A DNA stretch of 64,000 nucleotides, from IMG/VR virus record IMGVR_UViG_3300008267_000030, positions 1 through 64,000 of that record; one strand, 5' to 3'. Source of the DNA: a virus. Under the pieces are notes generated by a model. The model saw only the letters and a program-made list of their open reading frames with translations, ran no database searches and was not told the DNA's origin. The position numbers were made by a program, and so were the translations under genes. This document shows positions 28,123 to 41,500 of the stretch, piece after piece. Numbering within the stretch: the first letter of the stretch is position 1; the number at the start of each line of letters is the position of its first letter.

Positions 28123-29004
28123 TTATACGCCGCCAGTAACGAACCCCTGGCCAATACTGCTTAGGCCGCTTCCAATATCTTTGTACAGGGCTTGCTTTGT
28201 TGCGTCAATTTGGCTTTGAATGTTCTTTCTTTCTTTTTCCCGCAAAAAGCCCATCTGCATTTCGAGATTTCTGGCTTGGCCACCAAGTTGCTGAGCAAAC
28301 TGCTTACGCTGACCTTGGGTAGCAAGACCTTCGGCCCCCAGTTGTCTGATGCCTTGATTTTTTACTTGTTGCGCCCTAATGGCGGCATTCTGAACTTGAT
28401 CCGGAGTTTGAGCCGCAAGCATTGCGGTTTGCGTTGCTTGATTAGAAGCCTGCTGCAACTGCTCTCTACGGAAAGCATCATCTGCAGTTCTGGCTGAAGC
28501 AGCAGCCAAATTTGCACCAGCCTGTTCGCCCCTTACTTCTCCAATACTTGACTTTAGTTCTTTGGGAATAAAGTCTTCTGGATTCAACTTCTTTAATTTT
28601 TTTAGGGCTTGCAGTTTATCGTATATGCCTATACCAGCATTTATCACTCCGGGGATAGCGCCAGCCATTGCATTACCAGTGTAGGAACTTCTTGCAGCAC
28701 TTAGGTCTTGCATTTTGCCCTGAATTTCGGCCATCTTCTCAGCGTTTTCTACGCTTTGCGGAAGCGCCCCCAGGTCGGCAAGTTGCTGACCGTACTGGTT
28801 CATTTCGTTTCTGTAGCGAAATCCGGATGCCTGCGGTGGCATTCCGCCATATCCGTACATACTTGCATAGGCTCCGGAACGAAACGGGTTGTAACCCCCC
28901 ATGCCATATCCTCCGCCTTGCATTGCGCCAATCTGATTATAAAACGCTTGCTTTTCCGAATCCGACATCTTGGCAAGCATTGCCTGGAACTCTTGCTCGT
29001 TCAT
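28123..29004 (-). CDS. Probable small ejection (internal virion) protein
   Basis: G/A/Q/M-rich with amphipathic Gly-rich helices. Confidence 0.55.
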   Translation of the reverse strand: MNEQEFQAMLAKMSDSEKQAFYNQIGAMQGGGYGMGGYNPFRSGAYASMYGYGGMPPQASGFRYRNEMNQYGQQLADLGALPQSVENAEKMAEIQGKMQDLSAARSSYTGNAMAGAIPGVINAGIGIYDKLQALKKLKKLNPEDFIPKELKSSIGEVRGEQAGANLAAASARTADDAFRREQLQQASNQATQTAMLAAQTPDQVQNAAIRAQQVKNQGIRQLGAEGLATQGQRKQFAQQLGGQARNLEMQMGFLREKERKNIQSQIDATKQALYKDIGSGLSSIGQGFVTGGV

Positions 29005-29010
29005 AGTATT

Positions 29011-32000
29011 TTATTGTGCAGGTGGTAATGTAAATCCAATTTCAGCAAATATAAGGTTTTTATATTTTTCATCCCCAAGCAGGGTAATTTCTATAAACGG
29101 CCCAGTGATAAGAGGCCCGTCAAAAGGGTCAATTTGATCGCTGGTTTTAATTGTGGCTTGATAGTAATAATTACGTTTAGTAAAGTCTGCCGCCATTATG
29201 CTTGTTGTATCTGACGGGCTTACTCCAAGTTGCCCCTGATTATATCCTTCAATAATTGCAGACCAGTCAATAGTATCAACTCCATTGTTGTACTCTGCCA
29301 TTAACTTTATGAATGAAAAAACTTTGTGTTTGTTTATTTCATGATTAGCCACAAATTTAATGAATTGCTGTATCGGGAAGCCATTTACGGTAACAATACC
29401 AGACGGCGGCGGGTCGTTTAAAAATCTGTATGCTTCACCATTATAAAAACCGTACATCGTTCTTGGCTGAACTTCGCTTGCAACAAAGGTTAGCAAATCA
29501 TTTTTAATAAATCTTCTTCTGCCTTGATACTTTTCCTCAACAATATTATAAGCAAGACCACTACTATCGTCAATTAGTACGACCTCCATATTAAATGGGT
29601 CAAAACCAATGACGGAAGTATCGTATATTTTCCTTGTGTCGGTTTGAAATTTGCGTTGTTCCGATATAGAATCCTGCCCACTCGCAGATACTTGAACCAA
29701 TACTTTGTTTGCCGAATCAAAATAATAGGTCATTCCGGCTGTTGTTTGCGTAACTTGTTTTGGGTTTTTAGGTCCATAAGGAAGACGCATAACATTGGTT
29801 GTTCCGAATATATTTGTTGATAGGGAAAGAACGCCAGTACCATCAGTTCCTACTTGCTGAACCTTGCCCAGATAAACCATTTCAACTCCCTGTGTGCAAT
29901 AGAGGTAAATGTTTTCGCCCTGGTTTGTGGTAAGGGATTGATTCATAACCCTAACAATGTTGCCTACGTTTCCAGAAACCGTTCTACGATTTGTTGGATT
30001 AAACAGAAACCAATTGTTTAACTTAGTTCCTTCAATGAATTGCTCTCCGTGCGCATAAATTCTTAGCAAGTTTTCTTTTTTCGGAAATTGATTTTCAGCC
30101 GCAACATTTCCTATGTCTTGAGTATAGTCAACATCTGTGTTACCGGCCATTGTTGCCGAGGCCACTATGAAAAATCCATCAACTGGAGAAAGGTCTCCTC
30201 CGCCACTTGTTTTATCACCATAAGCAAAATTTGGAACTTTTTGAACGCCTGTTTTTATAACACTGCTTTGACTTTCAAAATAAAAATACAAATCAATTAC
30301 CGTCGGACTTTGGACCTGTTGAAAATTATTTATTTTGTATGAGTCCCCGTAATACGATACTGTTCTATTAGTATTTTGGTCATACAAGTTTTCTGCAGTC
30401 CAAAAAATATCTGGTATAACATTATATTGATTGTCGCTTATTTCGTTTTTTGAGTAAATTACTGCGTCCACAATTGTTTGAGCAAAACGCTTGTATGTAA
30501 TAAAATCAAATTTCCATCCAGTAAATACAGTTTTATCATCGCTGCCAACAACCATTTCATACAGGTTTGTAAGAAAATTATCATCTTCGTTAGTATTATA
30601 TGTACCCGCTACAAATCTGGCATCTACAGTGGGCAACCTAAGATTGTTTATATCATATCCATTTTGAGTCCATGAGGACTTGCACAGCAAAACCGTTTTA
30701 TCAATCCCGGTAACTTTAAAATCTTGTTCAAAAAAATAATTTTGTTCTTTGCTTCTAACATAATTTGGATCGGCGGTGTCTGTAATTCCCCTTACGCTAA
30801 TATATAAATTTTGCTCATTTGAAAAATTGATAGGCAAGCCTTCGGGTATTTGAAACCCTATGCCATAAAATTTAAGAGACCCAGACCAATCGTCGCAGTT
30901 TTTACCGTTAATGCTGGGGTATCCATAGATCAATTTACCATTCTGGTCTTCAAAAACCCAATATGCCCTTAACTGCCCTCTTAAAAAATTAGGTATGTCA
31001 AACTCGTCTCTTACAGAAAGTCCAATCTTTTGCACATCTGACTTCTGAAACGATTCGGTTATTTCAGTAGTTAATGTTGGTATTGTTACGTCAATTGCAA
31101 ATTTACCATCGTCTAAATCATTGACAATTGTATTTGTCCCAAGCGCCTTCCATTTTTCTGACAAAGAGGAGCCTGCCATATCAAGTCCATACAACCCAAT
31201 AAAAACACCTGGGTTAAAAGGAGCGTTTACGCTTCCCACTCTCTTCGTTCCTATTATTCTATTTTTTGAATCATAAAAAACTAAAGAAAAAAACTTTTTC
31301 CTTTTTATCGGCAAAAATGTTCTGTAGTAGGACCTGTTAGTAATCTCATTCTGGTCAGTTATTTTTCTTACGCTAAGCGTAGCAGATGGCATAATGAGGT
31401 CTTCTCCAATTTGAAGACCGGCATGAATAATTCTGTTATCTGCAAAAATGTTATCAACAACTCTTTTTGCAATACCATCAACCGCCAATGCTGCAGAAGG
31501 TGATATTGCGCCTATTGAATATAATAAATCAATTCTTGGAACAGCGACCCCATAGGTTCCTAAAGTTTGGTTAGCATAAAGAACTTTTACATCAAAATTA
31601 CTCCCGTTTGGTGTCGTTTCTGCAAACCATTTCCATTCACCCGTATTCCCCTGTCTAACATACCATTTAATCTTAGATACTACATTTTGAAATAAAACAA
31701 ATGTTCGGTCTTGCCAATCTAAATAGATTATATGTTGGACATTATTTAATGACAAAGGCGCTCCAGATGGAAGCAACCCAAAAAATGCTTTGCTTGGTTC
31801 GCTTAATCGACTTTCTGTAAAATCGTAATAAACAAAATTATATGCAAATTGATAACCGTATTTTGTTACAAAAGAAAGCGGCCTTTTTGTTCCATTTGAA
31901 GATATTTCACTAAGAACGACGGCAGCATTTATGCCAGTTGTAGGATCGGTATTGCTACTGTATGCAACTTGTCCAAAACCCATTGGGGGTTGTTTCAACT

Positions 32001-32547
32001 GGTCAAAATTGTAACTGGTGTATTGACCGGAAGGAGATAGGGGTAGTATGGGTCCAACTATCTGATTGGTTTTTTTGTATATTTCTGTATTGATGCCTTT
32101 TTGAACATCTAAATACCTCGGCTCTGTATGTGGACAGGACCAGATTATTGTTCCACGGTTATAGGCCATGCTAACATAATCATCCTTTTGAAATAATAAA
32201 CCACCCCAAGTAAGCACTGATTGAAATTCCTCAACTCCAGTCGCTGTGTTGGTGTTCATTACATATATGGCGTGGTCTCCGTCTTCATTACAGTTTGCAA
32301 AGAAAATTCTACCCTCAACATTGTCAACGCATGAACCAACTGTAAAATTTTTGCCAGGGGGCAGCAATGGATTTTTTACCAACTCATTTCCTGTAATACT
32401 CCTGACGCCGACATTCCTGCCGGCAGACGCCGTGTGCTTTGTCAATCTTACATTTATGGCGTCTGTAAGTTGCTGAGGCGTAACCGAATCGATGTTAGCA
32501 TCCGGAACTACTACCTCTGGCCTGTGGATAATTGACTGGACGTTCAT
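29011..32547 (-). CDS. Tail muzzle/stabilisation (nozzle) protein
   Basis: 1178 aa; DAINVR...GNELV...VGSCVD N-terminus, YQFAY..VY.D..ES..S, YYFD...VLV. Confidence 0.75.
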   Translation of the reverse strand: MNVQSIIHRPEVVVPDANIDSVTPQQLTDAINVRLTKHTASAGRNVGVRSITGNELVKNPLLPPGKNFTVGSCVDNVEGRIFFANCNEDGDHAIYVMNTNTATGVEEFQSVLTWGGLLFQKDDYVSMAYNRGTIIWSCPHTEPRYLDVQKGINTEIYKKTNQIVGPILPLSPSGQYTSYNFDQLKQPPMGFGQVAYSSNTDPTTGINAAVVLSEISSNGTKRPLSFVTKYGYQFAYNFVYYDFTESRLSEPSKAFFGLLPSGAPLSLNNVQHIIYLDWQDRTFVLFQNVVSKIKWYVRQGNTGEWKWFAETTPNGSNFDVKVLYANQTLGTYGVAVPRIDLLYSIGAISPSAALAVDGIAKRVVDNIFADNRIIHAGLQIGEDLIMPSATLSVRKITDQNEITNRSYYRTFLPIKRKKFFSLVFYDSKNRIIGTKRVGSVNAPFNPGVFIGLYGLDMAGSSLSEKWKALGTNTIVNDLDDGKFAIDVTIPTLTTEITESFQKSDVQKIGLSVRDEFDIPNFLRGQLRAYWVFEDQNGKLIYGYPSINGKNCDDWSGSLKFYGIGFQIPEGLPINFSNEQNLYISVRGITDTADPNYVRSKEQNYFFEQDFKVTGIDKTVLLCKSSWTQNGYDINNLRLPTVDARFVAGTYNTNEDDNFLTNLYEMVVGSDDKTVFTGWKFDFITYKRFAQTIVDAVIYSKNEISDNQYNVIPDIFWTAENLYDQNTNRTVSYYGDSYKINNFQQVQSPTVIDLYFYFESQSSVIKTGVQKVPNFAYGDKTSGGGDLSPVDGFFIVASATMAGNTDVDYTQDIGNVAAENQFPKKENLLRIYAHGEQFIEGTKLNNWFLFNPTNRRTVSGNVGNIVRVMNQSLTTNQGENIYLYCTQGVEMVYLGKVQQVGTDGTGVLSLSTNIFGTTNVMRLPYGPKNPKQVTQTTAGMTYYFDSANKVLVQVSASGQDSISEQRKFQTDTRKIYDTSVIGFDPFNMEVVLIDDSSGLAYNIVEEKYQGRRRFIKNDLLTFVASEVQPRTMYGFYNGEAYRFLNDPPPSGIVTVNGFPIQQFIKFVANHEINKHKVFSFIKLMAEYNNGVDTIDWSAIIEGYNQGQLGVSPSDTTSIMAADFTKRNYYYQATIKTSDQIDPFDGPLITGPFIEITLLGDEKYKNLIFAEIGFTLPPAQ

Positions 32548-32565
32548 ACGGTAAAATTATAAACT

Positions 32566-35500
32566 TTATTCCGGTATATCGTATGCTAACGATCCCTTCT
32601 TTTTCATGCGCCTCATGATAGAATAACTTTGCGGAAGAGAACCTTCTCCTGGACCCTCTGGCTTAAAGAATTTTTCAAGCGCATTGCCCAGAATTGGATT
32701 GACCTCTTTTAAGGTTTCGATCATTTTCATGTCCTCCTGATATTGGTTCTCATACCTTTGGACAATCCGGCGGATGTCTCCCTCATTAAGGTAGCCACGA
32801 CCCATAAGAACGTCAATGTTTCCGGTTATCCCTTCGGGCAAAGTAACATTTATTTCCTTGCCAGCAAATCCAAGTCCGTAAGCAAGAGCGCCAAAATAAT
32901 CCGAACCTTTCATTTGACTTCTAACACGGTCTGTCTGCAGATGATCCATGATAGCCTGGAATGTCTTGTTATAATTTTCATTATAATTTTCGGATACAAC
33001 CGGGCCTACCATTTTTTCAAAAATGGTTTGGGCGTAATCCTCATGGCCTTCTTTTAGATACTTAAACAACTTGGTTTTGCGCTCATCAAACTTTTTCTCC
33101 CCAAGCAGGTCTGTCTTCTCAGCAAGTTTTGCATCCTTTCTCTTAGGGCTTTCCGACATTTCCTTAGTGGTCTTGGCTGTAATCCTTTCAATCGTAGCAA
33201 ATCCCGTAACAAAGGAAGCAAGCATCCCGGCAGTTCTGGCCAGTTCATATCCATCGTCTTCTTTTTTAATGTTTTTTCCTATTTGCTCCATTTGCCTTAC
33301 AGCAAGGTCAACAACTGGCACTCCGGTAGGATCGTAGAACAGGTCTGTGTTAGGGTCTTTGAGCGTCCCTTTGTTTTCCTCTGTCTGCTCCTTGTCTTTG
33401 TAAAACGCTGCAAACCCAAGCGCAAACGCCACTTTAGGAATTATTTTGGCAATGTTTCCATACTTGCCTACAAACAGGTTGAATACACCAAGTAAAGCAG
33501 ACGTTGCCAGACTTCTATTTTGCCTTCTCTTTCTTTCCTCCTCATCCTCGTCTTCAAAGTCAATACCCAGCGCCCACAAGGCAATTGCAATTGCCACCTG
33601 CTGGTAAAGTATGTCCATGCCAATTTTTACAGCAGCATACGTCTGAGTATTTGCAAGGATGCCAAAAACCTTTGCTCCGGCACTCCACCTTTCTTTTGCG
33701 TCAACTGTGCCGGACATATCCATAATAGTCCTCCAGTTGTTGCGAAAGTTATTGTATGCGTTAAGGTCAAATTGAGCAAGCATCCAGTTGATTTCTTTTC
33801 GGGTGAAATCATTTATGGACTTTTTCTCCGACCTTAGAACCTCTGCCTTGGTGGTTTGATTTGACGGTACGTTGATCTCATCAGAAAGGTTTTCTGCAGC
33901 GGCAAGCGCATTGTAGTTAGGATTTTTTATTTCCTCGTCCCAGTTAATTTCGGATGGGTCTTGAATTAAACCCTGCTTATTCAAACTGTTTGCATATCCC
34001 GCAAACAGGGCTGCTGCAGATACAAACCGGTCGGCCTTTTCAATTGTGTATTTGGCCATAAAATTTCGGGTGTTTTTAATCGCATCCCCGATTTTTACCA
34101 ACAATTTTTTAGCCCAGGTCTTACCAGCAAACTTGTTCAATTCCGCATACTGCTTTGAAACAAGACTCTCTGATTGATATGTTCTTTCACGAAGAGTTGT
34201 TGTGCTGTCAAGCCATCTCTTTTGCGCCTCCGTTGGCAATATGGCTGTTTTTAACGCCCATCCAGTAAGTTTAAAACTTACCCTTGCCTTAATCTGCAGC
34301 GCACCAATAGACTGTTTTGCATACTGTCCAAGGTCAACCAGAACTGCGCCAATGTTACCATTAACCAGTTTCTTAATCATCGGCTGGTCGCTTACGCCAA
34401 TGTACCCGAAATATCTTTGGCCATCCACTACGCCCTCCATAAAGGCCAGGATGACTTTAGTAGTACGGTCTGAGTACTGCGGGTCAAACAGATTTCTGAA
34501 CTGCTCAGACTTAATCATTCGGTCCATAACAAACAGTTCTTCTGTCATCTTCGCCTGATAAAGCGTCTGGTAATAGCGCTTCCGGAAGTTTGCAAGCAGG
34601 TCAGTGCCATAAACTACCGCATTATTGGTAAAGGTAGTTCGCTCAATGGCAGTCCTTGACTCTCGTCTGTCAATTCTGGCCTCCTCAAATACAGTGTCTG
34701 TGAGCGTAGGGTTTGATGATTCGTCTATGCCCCCTTTGCCCAGTCTGTCAATTACGTTTAGTGAAACGTACATTGGGTTTTCGGTTGGGTCAAACAACTT
34801 AGAGAAGAACGCTGCTGTGTTCTGGCGGAACTCCTCAGAGATTTCAGCGTAGAAATTGCGAACCATCTGCGCCAATTCGGCCTGCGACCGGTCTATTGTG
34901 GTGGCAAGGGTTTGATGCTGATCCGGGTCAAAGTCATTCTCAAGAATGTTTAGCGTCTGCTCGGCAATTCTAATTTCCTCTGCAAGAATATCCTTTTCAA
35001 AAATATTAGTGTAGCCGGATGACATCAACCGCTGCTCCTCCATTTTCTTGTTAAGATACTTATTCCAGTTAATCATCATCGCTTCCCTCCAAGCCTGCCA
35101 TGTTGAATTTTGGCTACCGGCCTGAGCAAGGATATTAAATACCTCCGTTGCTCTTACCGCTCTTTCATCCATATCGTTTTCAATGATATGAGTTTCAAGC
35201 GCCTGCAGATTATCGTCAGTTCTTTTCTTTACGTCTCCAAACAACACTTCCTCCCGCTGATAAAGTTCCGCCCGGAGTGTATCCTTGGCCTCCTCACTAC
35301 TTGATACGTTTTCAAGCAGGTTGTTAAGGGAAAACTTGGTAACGTCTCCTTTGTACTGCCTAAATTTGTTAACAAGCGTGTTTAGCCTGCTAAGCCTTTC
35401 CTGGGCCTCTCCTCTGGCTGCGTAAACTCCAAGGTCGCTCAGGTCATCCAGTTCAATGTAATCGTTCAGGATGTTGTGCAATCTCTTCAGTTCATTATCG

Positions 35501-38500
35501 GTAAGCGTGTTCAGGTTTATCTTTCCTGTCCAACGCATCATCCGTTTAACGAATGGAGTACCAGAAATTGCGGCCTTGTCTCTGGCCTGGGACATTAGTC
35601 CAGTGATTTCCGGAATCAACAAGTCTGCGGTTTCGCTTTGCTGTGCTGGTGCTGCTGGTGCTGCTGCCTGGTTCTGCGCCTCCTGTTCTGCCTGCTCTAT
35701 AAGCATTTGCTCGTAATCATCTACGCTTGTGCCTGCCGGTAGCGCTCCGGAGTCAATCATGCGGTCAACTCTGGCCTGCATCATCGCTCTGCGACGAATC
35801 TTTGTCTGCTGGTCAATGTATGCCCCCTGGTCAACAAGCATTTCCACAAGCCTTTGAATGCTTACGGCCTTGTAGTTTTTACCGGCCATCTGCTGAATGA
35901 AAGCATACAGCATACTGGACAATATGTCCATCTTGTCCGGATCGACCTTGTGAGCCTCGATTGTTCTCAGCAATGGCTTTAACCTTGCTTTCATCTCCGC
36001 TCCAGCGTAAGACTTGTCAAGTTCAGTTTTGGCCTTGTCAACCAGACTCTGCAGTGCTTTGATTTTTTCTGCAGACTGAATCATACCAACCGCATACTCG
36101 ATGAAGTTAAGCATGGCTTTGTCCGTGTTTGAGTTCGGGAACCTGGCCAAAATCTTCTCAATCAAGTTAGGGTTCAGCGGGACTTTAGCGCCACCCAGGA
36201 TTGTCTTCATCAGATTGATGGCCTGCTTGCGGGCCTGCTTCATGCCTTCTTTAGCAATCAGCGCCGACATTTTCTCAAATGCCTTGTCTGTGGCCTTGGT
36301 AATTTCGGCAACCAGTTCTGAGTTTTCTGTTACTACCTCAACGGCTACATCAACTGGGTTGACAGGCTGAATGAGTTTAGATACCCGCTTAACCATGTCT
36401 TCTACCTGAGACGGCTTGAACTTGGTCGGGTCGGACATATAGTTGCGCACATACTGCTCTGCAGCAGCAAGCGCATCCTGCATTGTCTTCTTGGTAAAGT
36501 TGTTTGCCGCCTTAGCCGCCATGATAACAGCCTTTGCCGCTCTGAGCGCACCGATCGAAATAGCCCTTGCCACCTGCGGCGGAATAGGTACGATACTGCT
36601 GTACGCTACGCTGCCTGGAGGCAGGTTCTTTTCACGCTCAATGAGTTGTTCAATCTTTGTAATTAAGCGGTCGAACAGGCTTTGCGGAATTTGCGTAGTC
36701 TCAGCACTTTGCTCATACATTGCCTGCTCAGCACTTTGCTGAAACTTTGCCGCATCCGAACCCTTCTCAAACAAAAATCCTCTGGCAGTGCTTGAATAAA
36801 ACCCATTGTTTGCACTTGCAATCCTGCGCAAGGTTGTAAAGTCGGCATCAGACAAACTGCGGTATCTGGCCATAACCATCTTCTTGCCGTTATCGGTTCT
36901 TGTGTACTCGTCAAGACCAACAATGACTGGGTTGTATTCTTTTTTAGCCGCATCCGCAGTTGCCTGAATAGAGGATGCAGAGGACGCAACTTCTTGTCCT
37001 TGCTGGCGCATTCGCTCGTTAATTTCAGCAACAACTTCTGGAGGCATTTTGTCCCCAGGAATGGTTAACATAAATTTACTTCCGGCCAATACTTTAAGCG
37101 CCTGCTTAGCGTTTTCTCCATTAAATCTGGCCTGCATATTTCTACCGTAAGACCTAAATTCGCCAGAATCGCTTAGTGAAAGCAGTTCTTCATCATTAAA
37201 ATATTTGCCTCCTAATTTTGTTGATTTTGGAACCAGTATTAAAATGCTATCCCTTGTGTTATATTCAATTGTAACTTCTCCGTTAGTTGATGTTACATCC
37301 CGCCTTGTATTCATCACTTGGTCATACGCATTTGTTATTGGCGTTTGACCCGCAAGTTCTTCAAGTTTTAATTGGCCTGGTCGATACAGTATCCCTTTTC
37401 GACTTTTGCCATCCTTAGTTGTATAAGAAACCAGATTGCCTTTCATTTGGCCATATCCCATCAGGATATTCCCCGACATGATAAACCTAATCTCCCTGTC
37501 CTTTAGTTTTTTCGTCTCCTTATCCCATTTATCAAAAAACGAATCCAGATTTTCTTGTTCAACATTATTGCTTCTTACAACTATCTGTTGAAGAATCAAT
37601 GATTTAGACAATGGAATTTTAATTTGGCTTCTACCATCCCTAATTGCAATTACAAACGTGATGTTTGATGGAGCAAATGGATTCTTGGTTTTTTTACCAA
37701 ACTCAATATTCATAACCACGCCCACAGAAGAAAGCGGAGAAGAATCTCTTTCTGAAATCATCATAGGCACTTTTACAATTTTGCCTATTTTTAAAGCATT
37801 CAGATACTGCTTTACAAGGATTTTTTGGTCGTTGATTCTTTTCAAAGATTTCTCCATTCTTTGCGCATAAGCATCTCTGATTGCATCTTCTGCTTGTTGC
37901 TTTGCCCTCTCTCTTTGCGCTTCTGCTTCACTTGCTAAAGGGAAATCTTTGTCAAAATTCTCATTAGCCGTAATCTGTTCTTTAGCAACTACTATTTCTT
38001 TTTCCATAAGGCCGGTTATTCGCTCCCGCTCCTCATTTGTAAGATTTTCATAGTATGAATTGACTTCATCAATTTTATCCGCCATGTATTTGGTCGGCGC
38101 TACTCCTTCGGTAGCCTTTTCCATATTTTTTCTAACCTGCTCTGCAGGCATTGGCTTTCTCAGAACATTAGCCTCAACAACTTCAATTACGGCATCTTCT
38201 CCAAATGGGCTACCGGTATGCTGGCCCTCAAAAAATACTTGTCGATACAGTGTCTCTGCTTGTAGTGGAACGCTAACAACTTTTAGGTCGTTTTCGTCCA
38301 TGCTATTCAAATAGTTTATTAGCGCTTCATACCTTGCGCTAATCTCCGTATAAAAAGCCTCTTGCTCTTTAGTGTATAGCAAGGCAACTCTTTTAAGAAC
38401 CTCTGTGGCCGCATTGTCTTGAACAGTAACTTTTGACAAATCCTCCTGCTCCCCAATTTTTAATGGGTCGTTAAGCAGCATATTTATCTCAGGGTTTTCA

Positions 38501-41500
38501 ACAAGATACTCGGTTACTATTTGGTCTCCGTATTTATTGATAATGTCCGCAACCTGTATATCGACGCTGCTGGATTCCTGTTGAGCCGTAGTGTTTGCAA
38601 GCAGCGATGCCACTTTCTTTTTCAGCATGATCTGAAACCTTCCCTCGGCAGGGATGGAACTGAGCATGATGTTGTAAGCGCCTCGAACAACCTGACCTGT
38701 TCTGTCAATACGGCCAAGCATTTGAATGAAAGTGTTTACGTCAAACGGAGGCTGCGCAATAATCATTATGCGCTGCCTTTTATCTTTGACCTTTTCATCT
38801 TCGCTTGCGTGCATAGACAGGCCGGTTGCTGCAGATGCGTTAATTAACAGAACATCAATATTGCCGTTATTAAATTCGGCAACCATTTTCTTTTTATCGG
38901 GCTTTGCCCTTTTGCTTAAAATGGCTCCTTGATTTGGCAGTATCTGAATGACTGTTTCTCTACCAGTAAGTTCAGCAACTTTGTACCCAGCCTTTTCAAT
39001 TTTTGTTTTAATTACATCAATCGGACTAATAGTAATCCCAGATACGGCCTGCTGTATTTCTGCTCTTAATCGATAGTAAGCCGCCGTACCCTCCGATCCA
39101 AGTTGCTCCGGCGAAAGCGTTTTTGTTTTTTTCTTTCCAGCAGCATCGTCTTCGGTGTATTCAAGGGTTTTGTCAAGACCTCTAATAAGCGTTAGTGAAA
39201 AATCAATATTTGGAATTACCTCCTGCATGGCAAAACCCATGTCATCAAGAAATGATTCCATTGTGTTTTGAAACCCAATTACTGGCTTCCTATTGTTTTT
39301 TAACTCATTTATTGCTTCTTCGGCAACTTGCTCTGCTTTAATGCTAAAAATCAATTGCTGCATTACATTGAAAAGTTTGCTGGCAAAAGGCGTGTTCTTT
39401 ACGCCCATGTCGCTGCTTTTCTTTTTTTCATCAACCCTAACTCCCTCTGTCAACTTATCCTCTCTTATACTTTTTATCGCTGGGGAAACGTAGGACCTTT
39501 GAAATGCTATAATTAACCTAACCAATCTTATAACTTGGTCGGCCTGCTGTTTTTGAGTTTGGGCTACCTCTTCACTTTCTGGATATGTATAATTCATTTC
39601 CACACCCTGAAAATCTCTTTCTCGGCGCACCATTTGCCCGGCTTGTGCTAATTGAGCAGAAATAATTTCCTGCAACGCCACGCCTCCGGTTGTAATTGCC
39701 TCAATCAATTTTTCATTGCTTAGCCCAGTGTCCCTAATAGATGTTTTTAGGGCATATATTGGCATATTCTCCGGGGTTTTGGCCCATGTTGCCGATAAGA
39801 AAAGTGTTCCTTGAGAGTTTTGAACTAACCCTCCAATGTACTCACCAGTTTGAGAAGTGCCAGACGCATTGTGAGATTCATCCATTATTAAGATGTTTCC
39901 TGGAGCAAGCAAATTGAGAAGCGACCTTTTGTCTGGGAACCTGTCGCTATTTACCTGAGAATAGGTTACCATTACATAGTTGAACTGTTTTGGCAATTCT
40001 CCTTTCTGCCTTAAATATTCCAGCGCCTTAGTAAACTCTGGCTTAGACTGATGTTTGTAAATTAACTTTTGTTCGTCCGTGGCTAAATCAGTTTCTGTAA
40101 CATTTGACTTAGTATCGGTATTAACTATAAATGGCACAAGCGCCTCGGCTCCAATACCTTTAAGGTCTCGGTACATATCAGAGAACAGCGCTCCATCTTG
40201 CGTGATAAATATTGGCGTCTTACCCTGCTTTACTCCATATCGGATCATGGCCGCTGCTATACGCCCCTTTCCCACGCCGGTCATATCGCCCACAATTAGG
40301 CTGTTGCCGGTTTTGATTTGAGCGATAGCCATAGCAACCGCATCAACCTGCTCTGCATACAAGCCCTTGTGCAGTTCTCCTATGTTTTTATATCCAAGTT
40401 CCCTGGCCACAAACTCGTCAATATCTCCGTACTGCTCCTGAATTTGATTTAGCACTCGCCTGGTTTCCGCAGCCATTGCAGTTGGCTGATAAGTACCCAC
40501 TGACTTGCCCTTAGACATTGGCTTGTAAAGAACCTTTTCAGCCTCAATGTCAATGTCGGTTTCGTCGAGTTCTTGAGTTTCGCCGGTTTTGGTTTCGCCG
40601 GTAAAATCCTCGCCAATCCCGGTGCGGTCTCCTTCTTCCAGTTCTGCTTCTTCCTTTTCCTTTTTTGTAGTAGTAGTGCCAGCGCCTCTGCCAGCACCCC
40701 TGCCGCCTCCTACACCACCAGCACCCTTGCCGGTCCCGGTTTGACCTTGTTTTCCGCTGTCAACTATTCCCTGATCCAGTTTAGACTGCAACAAAACGTC
40801 TTTAGCGTTCTGAACCCGAGCCATCAACGTATTGTAATCCGTTACCGGAGCAATCATTTCATCTGATACCTGACTACGAATAGGCGCAATTCCTCCAGGA
40901 GTTTGCTTCCTTCCGTTTATGAGAATGAGCCTGGTCGGATATGTTGTTCCCTGCTTGTAGTACAGTTTGCCATCGACGTTGATTACGTCAAGTACGTTAT
41001 AATAATGGTATAGGTAGTTTAGTAACTTTCTGTATTTAGTACTTTCGATTAAGCCATCGTCAGCATAACTATTATGTTCGCCAACAATAATTGCAGCCAC
41101 CCCATTGTTGGTCATGCTATCGAGAGCGTTTGCGACCATAATCGGATCAAGGCCGGTTAGATTGTATTTGGTTTCGGTTCCAAATACCCGCAATCCTTTA
41201 GAGCCGAAAGGGGGATTCATTACAACGGCATCGTATGTGCCGTCAAAAGGCAGTAGCGCATCCTGATTGGTTACCTCGGCAAATCCCTGGCTTTGAAGAT
41301 TGGAAAGTCTTTCCTGGTCAATTTCGTTGGCAACAACCCTTGCCGGGTCCATTGCAATTGTAAGCGCTCCATTTCCTGCGCTTGGCTCCAGCGTAAGTGT
41401 TGGGTTCTTTGCGGCAGCAAAGGAAGAAGCAATGAATGCGTATGGCAGCGGAGTTGAGTACTGTTGTAATTTAACCCGTGTACTATCTTTCTGCGCAAGT